64,000 nt of DNA from an uncultured Gemmatimonadaceae bacterium. Its GTDB lineage: Bacteria; Gemmatimonadota; Gemmatimonadetes; Gemmatimonadales; Gemmatimonadaceae. The number at the start of each line of letters is the position of its first letter. Positions within the stretch are counted from its first letter, which is position 1. The notes under the pieces are model-generated. The model was not told the DNA's origin. It did not search any database and was given only the letters and a program-made list of their open reading frames with translations. Made by a program: the position numbers and the translations under genes. Of the stretch, positions 19,591 through 31,052 are shown piece after piece. The stretch spans positions 64,001 through 128,000 of the forward strand of contig CAWBOC010000013.1 of assembly GCA_963790305.1 (NCBI GenBank), written 5' to 3'.

Positions 19591-20315
19591 CGAGAAATCC
19601 GGGCAGACGGCTCTGGTCACCGGCGCCGGCCGACGCATTGGCCGCGCGATCGCGGTAGCGCTCGGCGCCCGCGGCATGCAAGTGGCCGTCCATTATCATG
19701 GCGCCGAAGCGGGCGCTCGAGAGACGGTACGCGCGATCGAGAAGGCCGGTGGAGAAGGGTTCACCGTGCGCGCCGATCTGCGCGAAGCCGGAGCACCGGC
19801 GCGACTCGTCAGCGAGGCGGTCGAACGCCTCGGGTCGCTGCACGTGCTCGTGAACTCGGCCGCCGGTGATGATTCGAACGCCATTCGAGGACGTTAGCGA
19901 AGAGGTCTGGGATGAGATCTTCGCCCTCAATCTTCGCGCGCCATTCTTCTGTGCCCAGGCCGCGGCCGGTCGTATGCAGGACGGAGGGGTCATCATTAAC
20001 ATCGCCGACCTGGCCGCCTTCGAGGCGTGGACGGGCTACATCCCACATGGCGCGTCGAAGGCTGGCGTCGTGCACATCACCCGAGCACTCGCGAAGCGTC
20101 TCGCGCCACGGCTGCGGGTGAACGCGATCGCACCGGGAGCAGTGCTACTCCCGGACGAGTGGAGCGCCGCTGAGGCGGAACGCCTCATCGGCACTACGCC
20201 GCTCGGGCGTCTCGGATCGCCTGACGATGTGACCCAGGCGGTGTTGTACTTGATCGACGCCGACTACGTGACGGGCCAGACGATCATCGTCGACGGCGGA
20301 CGTCATGTCCGCTAG
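19580..20315 (+). CDS. Short-chain dehydrogenase, pteridine reductase/FolM-like (frameshift near 19865)
   Basis: ALVTGAGRRIG and LVNSA in the first frame; HGASKAG, RVNAIAPG, VTGQTIIVDGG in the second; start uncertain. Confidence 0.82.
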
Positions 20316-21069
20316 TCGCGCGTCGCTGGCCTATCGGAGCATCATCATCGTGGGTGGGGGATGCTACGGGTCGTATTACGTCCGTCAGCTGCTGCGAGCT
20401 CGCAACGCCGGCGCGCTGGGGTTCGACCGTCTTGTCGTCGTTGATCGCAACGACGCGTGTGCCGTGGCGACGACCTGGCCGCAGGAACCCACGGTCAGCG
20501 TGGTCTGCAGCGATTGGGCGGCGTTCTTCGATGACTACCTTCGCGTCGCGTCGGCGACCGGCCTCCCGAGCTGCGACGCGATCGTTCCGTCGCCTCTCAT
20601 GCCGCACCTCATGTTCGATTGGCTCCTGCGCCGCGCGCGAGAACGCTGGCCGCAGCGGCCGGTGGAGCGGCGCCCGTTGCAGCGCCCGCCGAACGTTCCA
20701 TGGCAGCGCGCCCTTCCGTCAGGCACGCACGTGGTCAGCTTCGCCGAGTGGATGTGCCCGGTGAATTGCATCGAGCCGGCGACGTGTCCTGCGATCAAGG
20801 CGCCTCGCACGTGGAGCATGCCAACGGCCGTGCGGGCGTATGTCGACGCCCAGCCAACGGAGGCCTCGCCCCTTGCGGGGCCGATCATTTTCCATTGTGA
20901 GCATCGCGCGTACGGAGTGGGTATGTTCGATACCCAGGACGTGCTGAACGGCGACGCGCTCGTCGCACGTGCCGCGGCGAACACACCTGCGGATGTACTT
21001 GTGGGTACCGTGTCGCACTGCCATGGGGCTCTCGACGTGCTCCACGTAGGTCACGGGCACGTCGCCTGA
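20305..21069 (+). CDS. Conserved hypothetical protein with N-terminal Rossmann motif and Cys/His clusters
   Basis: IIIVGGGCYG; WMCPVNCIEPATCP; FHCEH; TVSHCHG. Confidence 0.7.
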   Translation: MSASRASLAYRSIIIVGGGCYGSYYVRQLLRARNAGALGFDRLVVVDRNDACAVATTWPQEPTVSVVCSDWAAFFDDYLRVASATGLPSCDAIVPSPLMPHLMFDWLLRRARERWPQRPVERRPLQRPPNVPWQRALPSGTHVVSFAEWMCPVNCIEPATCPAIKAPRTWSMPTAVRAYVDAQPTEASPLAGPIIFHCEHRAYGVGMFDTQDVLNGDALVARAAANTPADVLVGTVSHCHGALDVLHVGHGHVA

Positions 21070-21111
21070 CGTCCCGGCGTTCATCGAGAGGGGAGACCGA
21101 CGAGAGAGGCG

Positions 21112-22098
21112 ATGGCGAACACGCACGAATACGAGGTCGTGATCATCGGTGCCGGTCCTGCCGGCATGACCGCCGGCATGTATGCCGGCCGGGCAATGTT
21201 GCGCGCCGTAGTGCTCGAACGCGGGGCGCCTGGCGGGGAGCTGCTCAACACGGAGATCATCGAGGACTATCCGGGCTTCGAGCACATCGAGGGCTGGGAC
21301 CTCGCGCAGAGGTTCGACTCGCACGCGCGGAAATTCGGGTCGGAACTGCACACCGCCACCGTCGAGCGAGTCCGAAAGGCCGACGATGGCTGGTTCGAGA
21401 CGGTTACCGACTCGGGCGACGTCTATCGCTCGCCAACGGTCATCCTGACTGCGGGGGGAACGCCCGTGAAGCTCGGCGTCCCTGGCGAGCTCGAGTACGC
21501 CGGGAAGGGGGTGTCGTACTGCGCGATTTGCGACGGCGCCTTTTTCAAGGGACATCGGATCGCGGTCGTTGGTGGAGGTGATGCGGCCGTCGAAGAAGCG
21601 GATTTCCTGACGCGTTATGCGGAGAAGGTCTACCTCATCCATCGCCGTGACCAGCTGCGTGCGTCGAAGATTCTGCAGAAGCGCGTGTTCGACAATCCGA
21701 AGATCGAGCTCATCTGGAACACCGTGGTCGATCGCATCGAGGGCGATGCCAAGGGTCTGGTGCGGGCGCTCCATCTTCACAATGTCGTCACCGATGCGAG
21801 CTCGGTCCTGGACGCGACGGGCCTGTTCGTGTTCATCGGCTTCCGCCCGAATACCGGCATCGTCGACGGGCACGCGCGTCATGACGAGGGCGGGTATCTC
21901 GTCACCGACGCCAATATGGAGACGACCATTCGCGGGCTATTCGCCGCGGGGGACGTGCGAGCACAGCTGGCACGGCAGGTGACGACCGCGGTGGGCGACG
22001 CGACGACGGCGGCGATCGCGGCGGAGAAATACCTCACCGCGCTCAAGAACGGCCAACTCGACCCGCAGCTGCTGTCGAGCGGTGGTTACGCCGTGTGA
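21112..22098 (+). CDS. trxB: Thioredoxin-disulfide reductase
   Basis: IIGAGPAG, GVSYCAICDG, VGGGDAAVEEA, GLFAAGDV. Confidence 0.96.
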   Translation: MANTHEYEVVIIGAGPAGMTAGMYAGRAMLRAVVLERGAPGGELLNTEIIEDYPGFEHIEGWDLAQRFDSHARKFGSELHTATVERVRKADDGWFETVTDSGDVYRSPTVILTAGGTPVKLGVPGELEYAGKGVSYCAICDGAFFKGHRIAVVGGGDAAVEEADFLTRYAEKVYLIHRRDQLRASKILQKRVFDNPKIELIWNTVVDRIEGDAKGLVRALHLHNVVTDASSVLDATGLFVFIGFRPNTGIVDGHARHDEGGYLVTDANMETTIRGLFAAGDVRAQLARQVTTAVGDATTAAIAAEKYLTALKNGQLDPQLLSSGGYAV

Positions 22099-22742
22099 TC
22101 GTCCGCACGCTGACGGTGGGACCGCTGGAGGAGAATGCGTACCTGGTCGTCGACGACACGACGCGTCGCGCCGTGCTCATCGATCCCGGCGACGAGCCGG
22201 ATCGCCTGCTCGAGGCGGTGCGGGATGACCGGGCCGACCTCGACGCCATCTGGCTCACGCACGCCCACATGGATCACGTCGGGGCCATCGCGGGGATCGT
22301 CCGACACACCCCGGTGCCGATCTACGTGCATCCGAGCGAGCGCCCCATTTATGACAGCGCTGCACAGCACGGACTGGTGTTCGGGCTGCGGGTAGAGCAA
22401 CCCCCGCCGCCCGATCGCGATCTGGCGGACGGTGACACACTGCACGTCGGGACGCTGTCGTTCTCGGTCATTCATGTTCCGGGGCACGCACCCGGGCACG
22501 TCGCGATTCATGGGAATGGCGTCGCTTTCGTGGGCGACTGCCTGTTCGCCGGATCGGTGGGGCGCACGGACCTGCCTCTCGCCAACGGGGCGCAGCTCGC
22601 GCGCTCCCTCGAGCGCATCTGCGCACTGCCTGACGACACAATTGCGTACCCCGGTCACGGTCCCGCGACCAGTATCGGGCGCGAGAAGCGAACGAATCCG
22701 TTCTTGACCGGCGCCGTTCGCCTCACAGGGTTCGACCGGTAG
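22095..22742 (+). CDS. MBL-fold metallo-hydrolase (glyoxalase II/YcbL-like)
   Basis: THAHMDHVG, PGHAPG, GDCLFAGSVGRTD, PGHG. Confidence 0.92.
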   Translation: MIVRTLTVGPLEENAYLVVDDTTRRAVLIDPGDEPDRLLEAVRDDRADLDAIWLTHAHMDHVGAIAGIVRHTPVPIYVHPSERPIYDSAAQHGLVFGLRVEQPPPPDRDLADGDTLHVGTLSFSVIHVPGHAPGHVAIHGNGVAFVGDCLFAGSVGRTDLPLANGAQLARSLERICALPDDTIAYPGHGPATSIGREKRTNPFLTGAVRLTGFDR

Positions 22743-22862
22743 AGCGGACGAGCTGAACGCCTGAAAACTGTGCTCCCGGCCGTTGTCTGTACGCTGTCCA
22801 TCAGTACACATTGCATTGAGCGCCACGCGACGTGGTGCGCGACGTCTCTCTCTGGAGCCACC

Positions 22863-23650
22863 ATGCGCCGCCACCTTTGCCTGTCCGCCCTCCTGCCCCT
22901 CGGGTTGGCGGCCTGCCTGGATCCCGACCCCGTTCCGGAGTCCAACTACGGCATCATCGGCCTGACGACCGTCGTCACGCCGGTCGATACCCTGCTTTCG
23001 CCTGAAGCGCAGTTTTACCGCACAGGGCTGCTGGGCCTGCCGACGAGCCGCGTCAGCTCCGACCAGTGTCAGATCGCGGCATACCCGACACCCTCGCAAG
23101 GCACCCAGCTTCCGCGGTTCCTGGACGCGGGAGACAGCGTTGCCGTATCGACCGCCACGACTACGAAATTCCTGTTCCCGAGCACCGGCGCCAATGGCGA
23201 ATCCTACGTGCTGGGACAGACGGACGAATTTGCATTCCAGCCCGGTGAACGGGTCACCATTACCGTGCCCGGCGCGCCCGGTGGATTCACGAACGGAACG
23301 ATCGACGTCGTCACGGCGCACGCATTCACCTTGGGGCCGATCGCCGCGTCCCCGCCGCCCGACTCTTCCCTCAAGCTGACGTGGGCGCCGCGTGGCGACG
23401 ACAGCACCAAGATGCTCATCTCCATCCAGTACGCCGTGCCCCCCAGCTTCAGGCGAACCAGCAGATCTTCTGCTCCCTCCTCGACGATGGGGCCGCCGAG
23501 ATTCCGTCGATCCTCCTCACCCAGTACCGGACGGCGTCGGTCGGCTCGAGGTCGTTCGAGGCAGCCCGCTGGCGCGTATCGGCCAGGGAGGTCACTGGCG
23601 GCGTGCTTCTGGTGATTTCGGCGTTCGAAGTCGAGGACACCATCGACTGA
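22863..23650 (+). CDS. Hypothetical lipoprotein (frameshift near 23445)
   Basis: MRRHLCLSALLPLGLAAC lipobox; reading continues in the frame ending 23650 (QIFCSLLDDG...EVEDTID). Confidence 0.65.
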
Positions 23651-23684
23651 GCCCCGCTCCACGACTGTTCTTTCTTCGCGACCC

Positions 23685-25112
23685 ATGACATCCGCGACGC
23701 GCACCGAGAAGGATCCGTTAGGCACGAAGGAGGTTCCCGCCGGCGCGCTCTACGGCGTGCAGACGTTGCGCGCCGCCGAGAATTTTCCGATCAGCGGGCT
23801 GCGCTCGCTGCCCGCGTTCGTGCTGGCGACGGTGTGGATCAAGAAGGCGGCGGCGCTGACGCACAAGGAGACGGGGCGGCTCGAGGGTCGCCTCGCCGAC
23901 GCGATCGTCCGGGCGGCTGACGAGGTCGTCGCGGGCGAGCATCGCGATCAGTTCGTCGTCGACGTGTTCCAGGCCGGTGCGGGCACGTCGCACAACATGA
24001 ACGTCAACGAGGTGCTGGCGAATCGCGCGAACGAGCTCCTGGGCGCCAAGCGCGGGGCGTACGCGCCGGTGCATCCGAACGATCACGTCAACATGGCGCA
24101 GTCGACGAACGACGTCATTCCGACCGCCATCCGTCTTGCGTGCCTCGCGCAGCTGCAGCCACTCGCCGACGCGTTCACGGCGATGAGTGGCGCGCTGCGA
24201 AAAAAGGGTGAGGAGTTCGACGACGTGGTGAAGTCGGGGCGCACCCACCTGCAGGATGCGATGCCCATCCGCCTGGGGCAGGAGTTTCATGCGTACGCCG
24301 GCTCGATCGAGCGCGGGCTGCGCCGGGTGACGGAGGCTGCCGACTATCTCCGCGATCTGGGGATTGGCGGCAGCGCCGTGGGCACTGGCGTGAACGTCGA
24401 GCCCGAGTACCCGGAGAAGATGGTGAAGCACCTGCGCGCGATGACACGGCTCGATCTCCGGGTCGGAAAGGACCGCGTGCAGCTCATGCAGAGCATGGGC
24501 GACGCCGCCGGCTTCAGCGCGCAGCTCCGCGTGCTCGCGCTCGATGTGAGCAAGATCGCCAGCGATCTGCGGCTGATGGCGAGTGGGCCGCGGACCGGCC
24601 TCGACGAGATTCGGCTGCCGGCCGTGCAGCCCGGCTCCTCGATCATGCCCGGGAAGATCAATCCGTCGATCCCGGAGATGGTGAACCAGGTTTGCTTCCA
24701 GGTCGTCGGCAACGACGCGTGCGTCGCGGTGTCGGCGGAGCATGGACAGCTCGAGCTCAACGTGATGATGCCGGTGATCGCGTACAACGTGCTGCTGTCG
24801 ATGCAGATCCTTACCACGTCGTGCACCGTCTTCACCGATCGATGCATCGTCGGGATCGAAGCGAACGAAGCAATGGCCGCGTACTGGCTCGAGCGCTCCG
24901 CGGCACTGGCGACGGCGCTCGCGCCCCAGATCGGGTATGCCGCGGCCGCTGAGCTGAGCAAGCGGTCGGTCAAGGAGAACGTGCTGATTCGGGAGCTGGT
25001 GACGCGCGAGCGGGTTCTTCCCGCCGATCAGATCGACGAAGTGCTCGACCTGCGAAAAATGACCGAAATCGGCGTTCCAGGCGGCAAGCACGGCGCTGTC
25101 GCGGCCGGCTAG
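23685..25112 (+). CDS. Aspartate ammonia-lyase / class II fumarase family lyase
   Basis: QAGAGTSHNMNVNEV, KSGRTHLQDA, GSSIMPGKINP signature. Confidence 0.93.
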   Translation: MTSATRTEKDPLGTKEVPAGALYGVQTLRAAENFPISGLRSLPAFVLATVWIKKAAALTHKETGRLEGRLADAIVRAADEVVAGEHRDQFVVDVFQAGAGTSHNMNVNEVLANRANELLGAKRGAYAPVHPNDHVNMAQSTNDVIPTAIRLACLAQLQPLADAFTAMSGALRKKGEEFDDVVKSGRTHLQDAMPIRLGQEFHAYAGSIERGLRRVTEAADYLRDLGIGGSAVGTGVNVEPEYPEKMVKHLRAMTRLDLRVGKDRVQLMQSMGDAAGFSAQLRVLALDVSKIASDLRLMASGPRTGLDEIRLPAVQPGSSIMPGKINPSIPEMVNQVCFQVVGNDACVAVSAEHGQLELNVMMPVIAYNVLLSMQILTTSCTVFTDRCIVGIEANEAMAAYWLERSAALATALAPQIGYAAAAELSKRSVKENVLIRELVTRERVLPADQIDEVLDLRKMTEIGVPGGKHGAVAAG

Positions 25113-25150
25113 CCTTGTTCCTCTCGCCAAGCGCTACCTATCGTGAAGAC

Positions 25151-25607
25151 GTGCGGATAACGACCTGGGCCGAGTACGGCGTGATCTGCGCTTTGCATCT
25201 CGCGAAGCGGGCGGAGCAGGGGCCGGTCACGGGTCGCGACATCGCCGAGCGCGAGCGCCTGCCCACCGATTACGTCGAGCAGATCCTGCTCCGTCTCCGA
25301 CGAGCCGACCTCGTGTCCAGCGTGCGAGGCGCGCGCGGCGGATATCGGTTGGCACGCCATCCCGTCGGAGATCTCCATCCGCGATGTCATTCACGCATCG
25401 GAGCTCACCACCTTCGACCTCCACTGCGTGTCGCATCCGGTCGACGAGGAGCGCTGCGCCGCGTCGCACGAGTGTAGCATTCGGCCGGTGTGGCTCATGC
25501 TCCAGCGGCGCATCGATGATGTGCTCGAGAGCGTGAGCCTCGCGGATTTGCTTCACGACGAGCCGACGGTGCGGCAGCGCGTCGGCCTTCCGGTGCTGCA
25601 GGCCTGA
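25151..25607 (+). CDS. Rrf2-family transcriptional regulator, IscR-like (frameshift near 25365)
   Basis: VRITTWAEYG...VSSVRGARGGYRLAR, then in the shifted frame three Cys (LHCVSHPVDEERCAASHEC). Confidence 0.85.
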
Positions 25608-25700
25608 GGAGTGCGCATGCGGCATTCGGCCACCGATCGCGTCGCGTGCTGAGGGAATGGCGGGCGAATAGAGCGCTTCGGCGCGCGCGCGGCGGCATAC

Positions 25701-26192
25701 GTGGCGAAGCTCTTTGCCGAGCCCCCCGAATCCGATGTGCAGTGGCTGACTGCCAATGGCACCCACGGCGACGTCGATCACGCGCGATGGGAGCTTCGCT
25801 ACGCGCGGCGCGCGCTCGGCCTCCTCACCGCGCAGCGAGATGCGCTCGATGATCGCACGGGTTCGGCGGTCGCTGCGGCCCTCGGTCGAGCGCTCGCCGG
25901 CGACGCGGCAATCGCGCCCGGGCGACTGCGCATCGCTGAGCGCCAGTTGAACGCCCGGCTGCGCGCGTACGGGGATGCACTCGTCAGGCGGGAAGGAGCC
26001 GGAACGGGCTGGCATCTTGGACGCGCCCTGCTGGATTTCGCCGGACGAAAGGAGGGAAGTCCGCCCGAGGTTGTCGCCAAGGCCGGCGACCTCCTCGCGC
26101 ACTATCTTGCGGAATCGAACGAGGCGCTGCGTGAGCACTTCGGCGCGCCCCGGCTCGCGGAGGGCGTCCCCGCAAACGCGACTGGCTACTGA
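25701..26192 (+). CDS. Hypothetical protein
   Basis: 163-aa ORF with typical codon usage; true start may be upstream. Confidence 0.6.
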   Translation: MAKLFAEPPESDVQWLTANGTHGDVDHARWELRYARRALGLLTAQRDALDDRTGSAVAAALGRALAGDAAIAPGRLRIAERQLNARLRAYGDALVRREGAGTGWHLGRALLDFAGRKEGSPPEVVAKAGDLLAHYLAESNEALREHFGAPRLAEGVPANATGY

Positions 26193-26225
26193 CGCCGCAC
26201 GCGGCGAACAGTAGCCAGAAATCGC

Positions 26226-26310
<85 letters not shown>

Positions 26311-26441
26311 GCGAGTGAGAAAGCTAGCCCGCGACGGGAGGCGAGTCAACGCGAATGCCGCCGTTGCCCGAGTGGATGGAGCGCGTCTAAGTTCTTGTGC
26401 GCGTTGCTCGTTGACGATTGCGTCCCGCCGTTAGCATTGGC

Positions 26442-26915
26442 ATGCCCAAGCCCGCCGACAAACCTCCGACCACGAGCGTCGCCAGGAACAAACGAGCGCG
26501 ACACGACTACCACATCCTCGAGACGTGGGAGGCCGGCGTCGTGCTGAGCGGTACGGAAGTGAAGTCGCTCCGGCAGGGCAAGGCCAACCTCACCGATGCG
26601 TACGCGACCGTCAGGGATGGCGAGGTGTTCTTGCTGAATTTGCACATTTCCCCGTACGAGCAGGGCAATCAGTTCAATCATGAGCCCACGCGTACGCGCA
26701 AGCTGCTCCTCCATCGGAAGGAGATTCGGCGGCTGATTGGCGGTGTCGAGCGCCAGGGCCTGACCCTGGTGCCACTCGAGCTGTTCTTCAATCCGCGCGG
26801 AAAGGCCAAGGTGACCATCGCCCTCGCCAAAGGAAAAAAGCAGCACGACAAGCGCGCCGATGAACGGCGGCGCGAGGACGAGCGGGACATGGCCCGCGCG
26901 GCGAGGGTCCGATGA
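26442..26915 (+). CDS. smpB: SsrA-binding protein
   Basis: [43 protein letters not shown]. Confidence 0.97.
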   Translation: MPKPADKPPTTSVARNKRARHDYHILETWEAGVVLSGTEVKSLRQGKANLTDAYATVRDGEVFLLNLHISPYEQGNQFNHEPTRTRKLLLHRKEIRRLIGGVERQGLTLVPLELFFNPRGKAKVTIALAKGKKQHDKRADERRREDERDMARAARVR

Positions 26916-28075
26916 TCATCGAAGTCCTGCTCGGCCTTCAGATCGGCGCGGTGCCACCGTCGGTTGTGTCGGCGCGGTCGGGAACGGTGGAATCCGTCGT
27001 GCCGCTGGTGGAGACATCCACCGGACGCGTGCTGCGACTCGATCGGCTCGCGCCTGCGCTGCCCGTCACCATCAAGGACGACGGACCAGGCCGCTTCATC
27101 GTGTCCGTGTTCGATGTGGCGATCTCGCTGTCCGACCAGGTGCCGTACGCGCGCGTGGGTACTTCCCTGATCCCGCTTGGCGGCGCGCCGCTGATGGATC
27201 GCGGGGCTTTGCTCGTTCCGCTTCAGCTCGTCGCCGAGATTCTTCCCCGTCTCGCGCCGAACCGTCTCAGCTACGATCCTGTACGCAGCGAGCTTCGCGT
27301 CTCGCGTGGCGCGAACGTCGCCGCAGCAACGCCCACGACGCGGCCGCGGACCAAACGCCGCGTGGTCGTCGATGCCGGACATGGTGGGCCGGACAACGGA
27401 ATGACGGGTCCGATCGGGAGCCGTCAAAAAATTCGCGAGAAGGACATCACCCTCGCCGTCTCGCACGAGCTTGCGAAGGTACTCCGCCGTCAGGGCGTGG
27501 AGGTCGTCATGACGCGTACGACCGACACGCTCATCGGGTTGTACGATCGCGGGCCCATCGCCAACGAGCGCGGCGGCGATCTCTTTCTCTCGATTCACGT
27601 CAACGCCGCGAACCTTCGCTGGCGTCGGCCGGGTGATGCGCGTGGCTACGAGACCTATTTCCTCGCCGAGGCGAAGACGGAAGACGAGCGCCGCGTCGAG
27701 CGGATGGAGAACGAAGCGATTCGGTTCGAGACCGCGGCGCAGGCACCGAAGAATGATCCGTTGAGCTTCATCATTCACGACATGGCGCAGAACGAGCACC
27801 TCCGGGAATCACAGGAGCTCGCCGCCGCGGTTCAGGCCGGGCTTGGACGCGTCCATCCCGGCCCGTCACGCGGAGTGAAGCAAGCGGGCTTCGTCGTCCT
27901 GACGACCGCGTTCATGCCGGCGGTGCTGGTGGAGATCGGGTTCGGGACCAATGTGGCCGAGGCGCGATACCTCGCGACCCCGGAGCGCCAGCGTGAGATC
28001 GCCGATGCCATTGCCACCGCGACCATGGCGTACCTGGAAGGATACGAACGGCGGCTCGGCTCCGCCGGTCGATGA
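26912..28075 (+). CDS. N-acetylmuramoyl-L-alanine amidase (Amidase_3)
   Basis: [32 protein letters not shown]. Confidence 0.92.
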   Translation: MIIEVLLGLQIGAVPPSVVSARSGTVESVVPLVETSTGRVLRLDRLAPALPVTIKDDGPGRFIVSVFDVAISLSDQVPYARVGTSLIPLGGAPLMDRGALLVPLQLVAEILPRLAPNRLSYDPVRSELRVSRGANVAAATPTTRPRTKRRVVVDAGHGGPDNGMTGPIGSRQKIREKDITLAVSHELAKVLRRQGVEVVMTRTTDTLIGLYDRGPIANERGGDLFLSIHVNAANLRWRRPGDARGYETYFLAEAKTEDERRVERMENEAIRFETAAQAPKNDPLSFIIHDMAQNEHLRESQELAAAVQAGLGRVHPGPSRGVKQAGFVVLTTAFMPAVLVEIGFGTNVAEARYLATPERQREIADAIATATMAYLEGYERRLGSAGR

Positions 28076-29419
28076 GGCGTCCGCTCGGGCTGCTCCTCGT
28101 TCTCGGCGCGAGTGCCTGCGCGTACTACAACGGCTTGTACAACGCTCGTGGACTCGTGAGGCGCGCCGAATCTGCGTCACGCGAGGGAAGGGATTCGGCG
28201 GCGATTGCGGCCTGGCGCGATGCAGCGGCGAAGGCGGACACCGTCATTGCGCGCTACCCGCGAAGCCGGTGGACGGACGATGCCCTGCTCGTGAGCGGCA
28301 CGTCCGCCGCGTTCTCCGGCGCCTGCGAGCATGGCCTCGAGCGAATCGGCCAATGGGAACGCCATCCTGCCGCGGATCCCAAGCAGCGGGCGCGCGCGAG
28401 CATTGCTCGCGGCGCGTGCCTCGTCAGGTTTGGCGATGTATGCCGACGCTCTCGACACGTTGGCCCCCTTCACGACGTCCCGCGAGGAGACACTTGCACG
28501 CATCGCCTCCGCGTGGGCTGCCCGTGCCGCGCTTGCGCAGAGCCAATTCGACAGCGTCGTCGCCTTCGCCGGCAAGGCAGGCTCGGACGCGCTCGACGCC
28601 GAGCTCGCCATGTCTGCGCTGCAATCCGGTCGCCCGGCTGTGGCCGCTCGCGTCCTGCGACAACGTGCATCCGCGTGGCGATCGCTATCGCTGCTCCACG
28701 CCCCACTCCAACTCCTGGCCCAGTCCAATCGCACGCTGGCCGACAGCATCGTACGCCTCACGCAGGATGGTCGTGCCTCTCGCCTCGAGCGCGCGCGCCT
28801 TCTGGTCGCTGCCGGCTCATGGTCTGAGATGAGTGGTGACGTAAGTGCTGCCCGTGCTCATTACGATCGCGCGCTCCGCATGAGCTCGGACACGGCCCTG
28901 GTAACCGAGGTGGTGACGCGTGCCGGCCTCCTCGAGATTCGAAGCGCGGCAACGCTCGAGGAAGCCGAGGCGCGGATCGATCACGCGAAGGCGAAGGCCA
29001 TCGACGCCAACCGACTGGCTGGTGTCGATTCCGCGCTGCGCCTCGCCGCCCGACTCGCGAAGACTCCCGACAGCAGCGGGGCGTCCGCCTTTCTTGCTGC
29101 GGAAGTGGCGCGCAATGGTGTCGGCGCGGTTCGCCTGGCACGCGCACTGTTTCTGAGGGCAGCGCGCGAGCATCCCCGATCATCATTAGCGCCCAGGGCA
29201 TGGCTTGCGGCGGCCAACGTGACTCCCGATTCCGCACGAGCGTGGCAAGCGACGGTGCTGAAGACATACGGCACCTCCCCGTACGCCCATGCGCTCACTG
29301 GAACGCCGGTATCATCGACCGCGCTCGACGCCGATGAGCGACTCCTTCAGCAAACCTGGACACGTGCGACGGCGGCCAGAGACTCGGCGAGCCTCGCGGC
29401 GGAGCGGCGCCTTCCATGA
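28072..29419 (+). CDS. TPR-like lipoprotein (frameshift near 28435)
   Basis: LGASAC lipobox, AYYNGLYNA, YPRSRWTDDAL; Ala-rich helical continuation in the frame ending 29419. Confidence 0.65.
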
Positions 29420-30357
29420 GGAACGCGCCCGCAGAGGGTCCGCTCGCGATCGATGCCGCCGGGCTCAGGTTTCAGAACCCCGTGCTGCTCGCGGCCGGAA
29501 CCGCCGCCTACGGTCGCGAGCTGCACGACGTCGTGGAGCTCGACCGCCTCGGCGGGCTGGTCACGAAGGCGGTTAGTCCACGTCCGCGCGAAGGCGCACC
29601 TCCTCCACGCGTTGCCGAATTCTCCGGCGGGATGATCAACGCAATCGGTCTCGCCAATCCGGGGATGACAGTGGTGCGAGACAGCGAGCTCCCGTGGCTC
29701 GCCTCACACATCGATCGCGCTCGCGTTCTCGTCAACGTCGTGGGCGACGTGCCGGAAGACTTCGCGACCGTTGTCGCTCACCTGGACGATTCGGTCGGCC
29801 TGGACGGCTTCGAGCTCAACGTGAGCTGTCCGAACGTCAAAGCCGGCGGAATGGAGTTCGGGGCGGACCCCGACACGCTGCGGGACGTTGTCGCGCGTGC
29901 TCGTGAGGCAACGCGGCGCCCGGTGTTCGTGAAGCTCTCACCCACGTTGATCGACATTGCGCGCACCGCGTCTGTTGCGGTCGACGCCGGTGCCGACGGA
30001 ATCACCGTCGTGAATACGATTCCGGGGCTCATGGTTGACCTCGAGAGGCGGCGTCCGGCTTTGGGCTTTGGGACCGGAGGCGTGAGTGGCGTGTCATTGT
30101 TGCCGGTCGGCGTCCTCGCCACATGGCGTGTCGCTCGGGCAGTGAAGGTTCCCATTATTGGCGTCGGCGGCATAACGAGCGCCGACGACGCCCTCCAGTA
30201 CCTCGTCGCCGGCGCATCGCTGATCGCGCTGGGAACGGCGTCGATGCGCGATCCGCGGACCGCTGAGCGCGTAGTTACCGGACTCGGGCAGTGGTGCGCG
30301 CAGCAGGGCGTGCGCTCCATTCGAGACGTGATCGGGACTCTGGAATGGAAGCAATGA
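29416..30357 (+). CDS. pyrD: Dihydroorotate dehydrogenase (class 1)
   Basis: NPVLLAAGT, NAIGLANPG, ELNVSCPN, VKLSP, GGVSG. Confidence 0.95.
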   Translation: MRNAPAEGPLAIDAAGLRFQNPVLLAAGTAAYGRELHDVVELDRLGGLVTKAVSPRPREGAPPPRVAEFSGGMINAIGLANPGMTVVRDSELPWLASHIDRARVLVNVVGDVPEDFATVVAHLDDSVGLDGFELNVSCPNVKAGGMEFGADPDTLRDVVARAREATRRPVFVKLSPTLIDIARTASVAVDAGADGITVVNTIPGLMVDLERRRPALGFGTGGVSGVSLLPVGVLATWRVARAVKVPIIGVGGITSADDALQYLVAGASLIALGTASMRDPRTAERVVTGLGQWCAQQGVRSIRDVIGTLEWKQ

Positions 30358-31052
30358 CGCGGGCGCGCCGCGCCCGCGCCATTGTCGCGCTCGACACGCC
30401 CGGGTTCGCAGAGGCGGCCGCCATCGTCGACGTCCTTGGAGACAGCTGCGATTTCTTCAAGGTCGGGAGCGAGCTTTTTACGGCCGCAGGACCGGAGGCC
30501 GTCAGGGCGCTTCGAGAGCGCGAGCTCGAGGTCTTTCTCGACCTCAAGTTCCACGATATTCCGAACACGACGCGCGGAGCGGTGCGGAGCGCGGCGGGAC
30601 ATGGCGCCACGCTCGTCACCGTCCACGCGTCCGGCGGTCGTGACATGCTATCGGCGGCAGTGGAGGGGGCGGGGGACCGATGCCGCGTTCTCGCGGTAAC
30701 CGTTCTGACGTCGCTCGATGCCAAAGGTCTTGGTCACGCGTGGGGACGAAACGTCAGCTCGGTCCTCGACGAGGTCCTCCGCCTCGCGGATCTGGCACGC
30801 TCAGCTGGCGCGCACGGTGTGGTCTGCTCGGCGATGGAGGCCTCGGCGGTGCGCGCGGCGCATGGTGATGCACTCGACGTGCTCGTCCCCGGGATCCGCC
30901 TCGAAGGTGGGTCTGCACATGACCAGGCCCGTGTGGCTACCCCCGCCGAGGCCGTTGCTGCCGGGGCCAACTATCTCGTGTTGGGTCGGGCAGTCACCGG
31001 CGCCGTAGATCCCCGCGCCGCAATGCGCCAGGTCAGGGAATCTCTTCGGTGA
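30354..31052 (+). CDS. pyrF: Orotidine-5'-phosphate decarboxylase
   Basis: AIVALD, FLDLKFHDIPNT, VPGIR, VLGRAV; ATGA overlap with pyrD. Confidence 0.96.
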   Translation: MTRARRARAIVALDTPGFAEAAAIVDVLGDSCDFFKVGSELFTAAGPEAVRALRERELEVFLDLKFHDIPNTTRGAVRSAAGHGATLVTVHASGGRDMLSAAVEGAGDRCRVLAVTVLTSLDAKGLGHAWGRNVSSVLDEVLRLADLARSAGAHGVVCSAMEASAVRAAHGDALDVLVPGIRLEGGSAHDQARVATPAEAVAAGANYLVLGRAVTGAVDPRAAMRQVRESLR

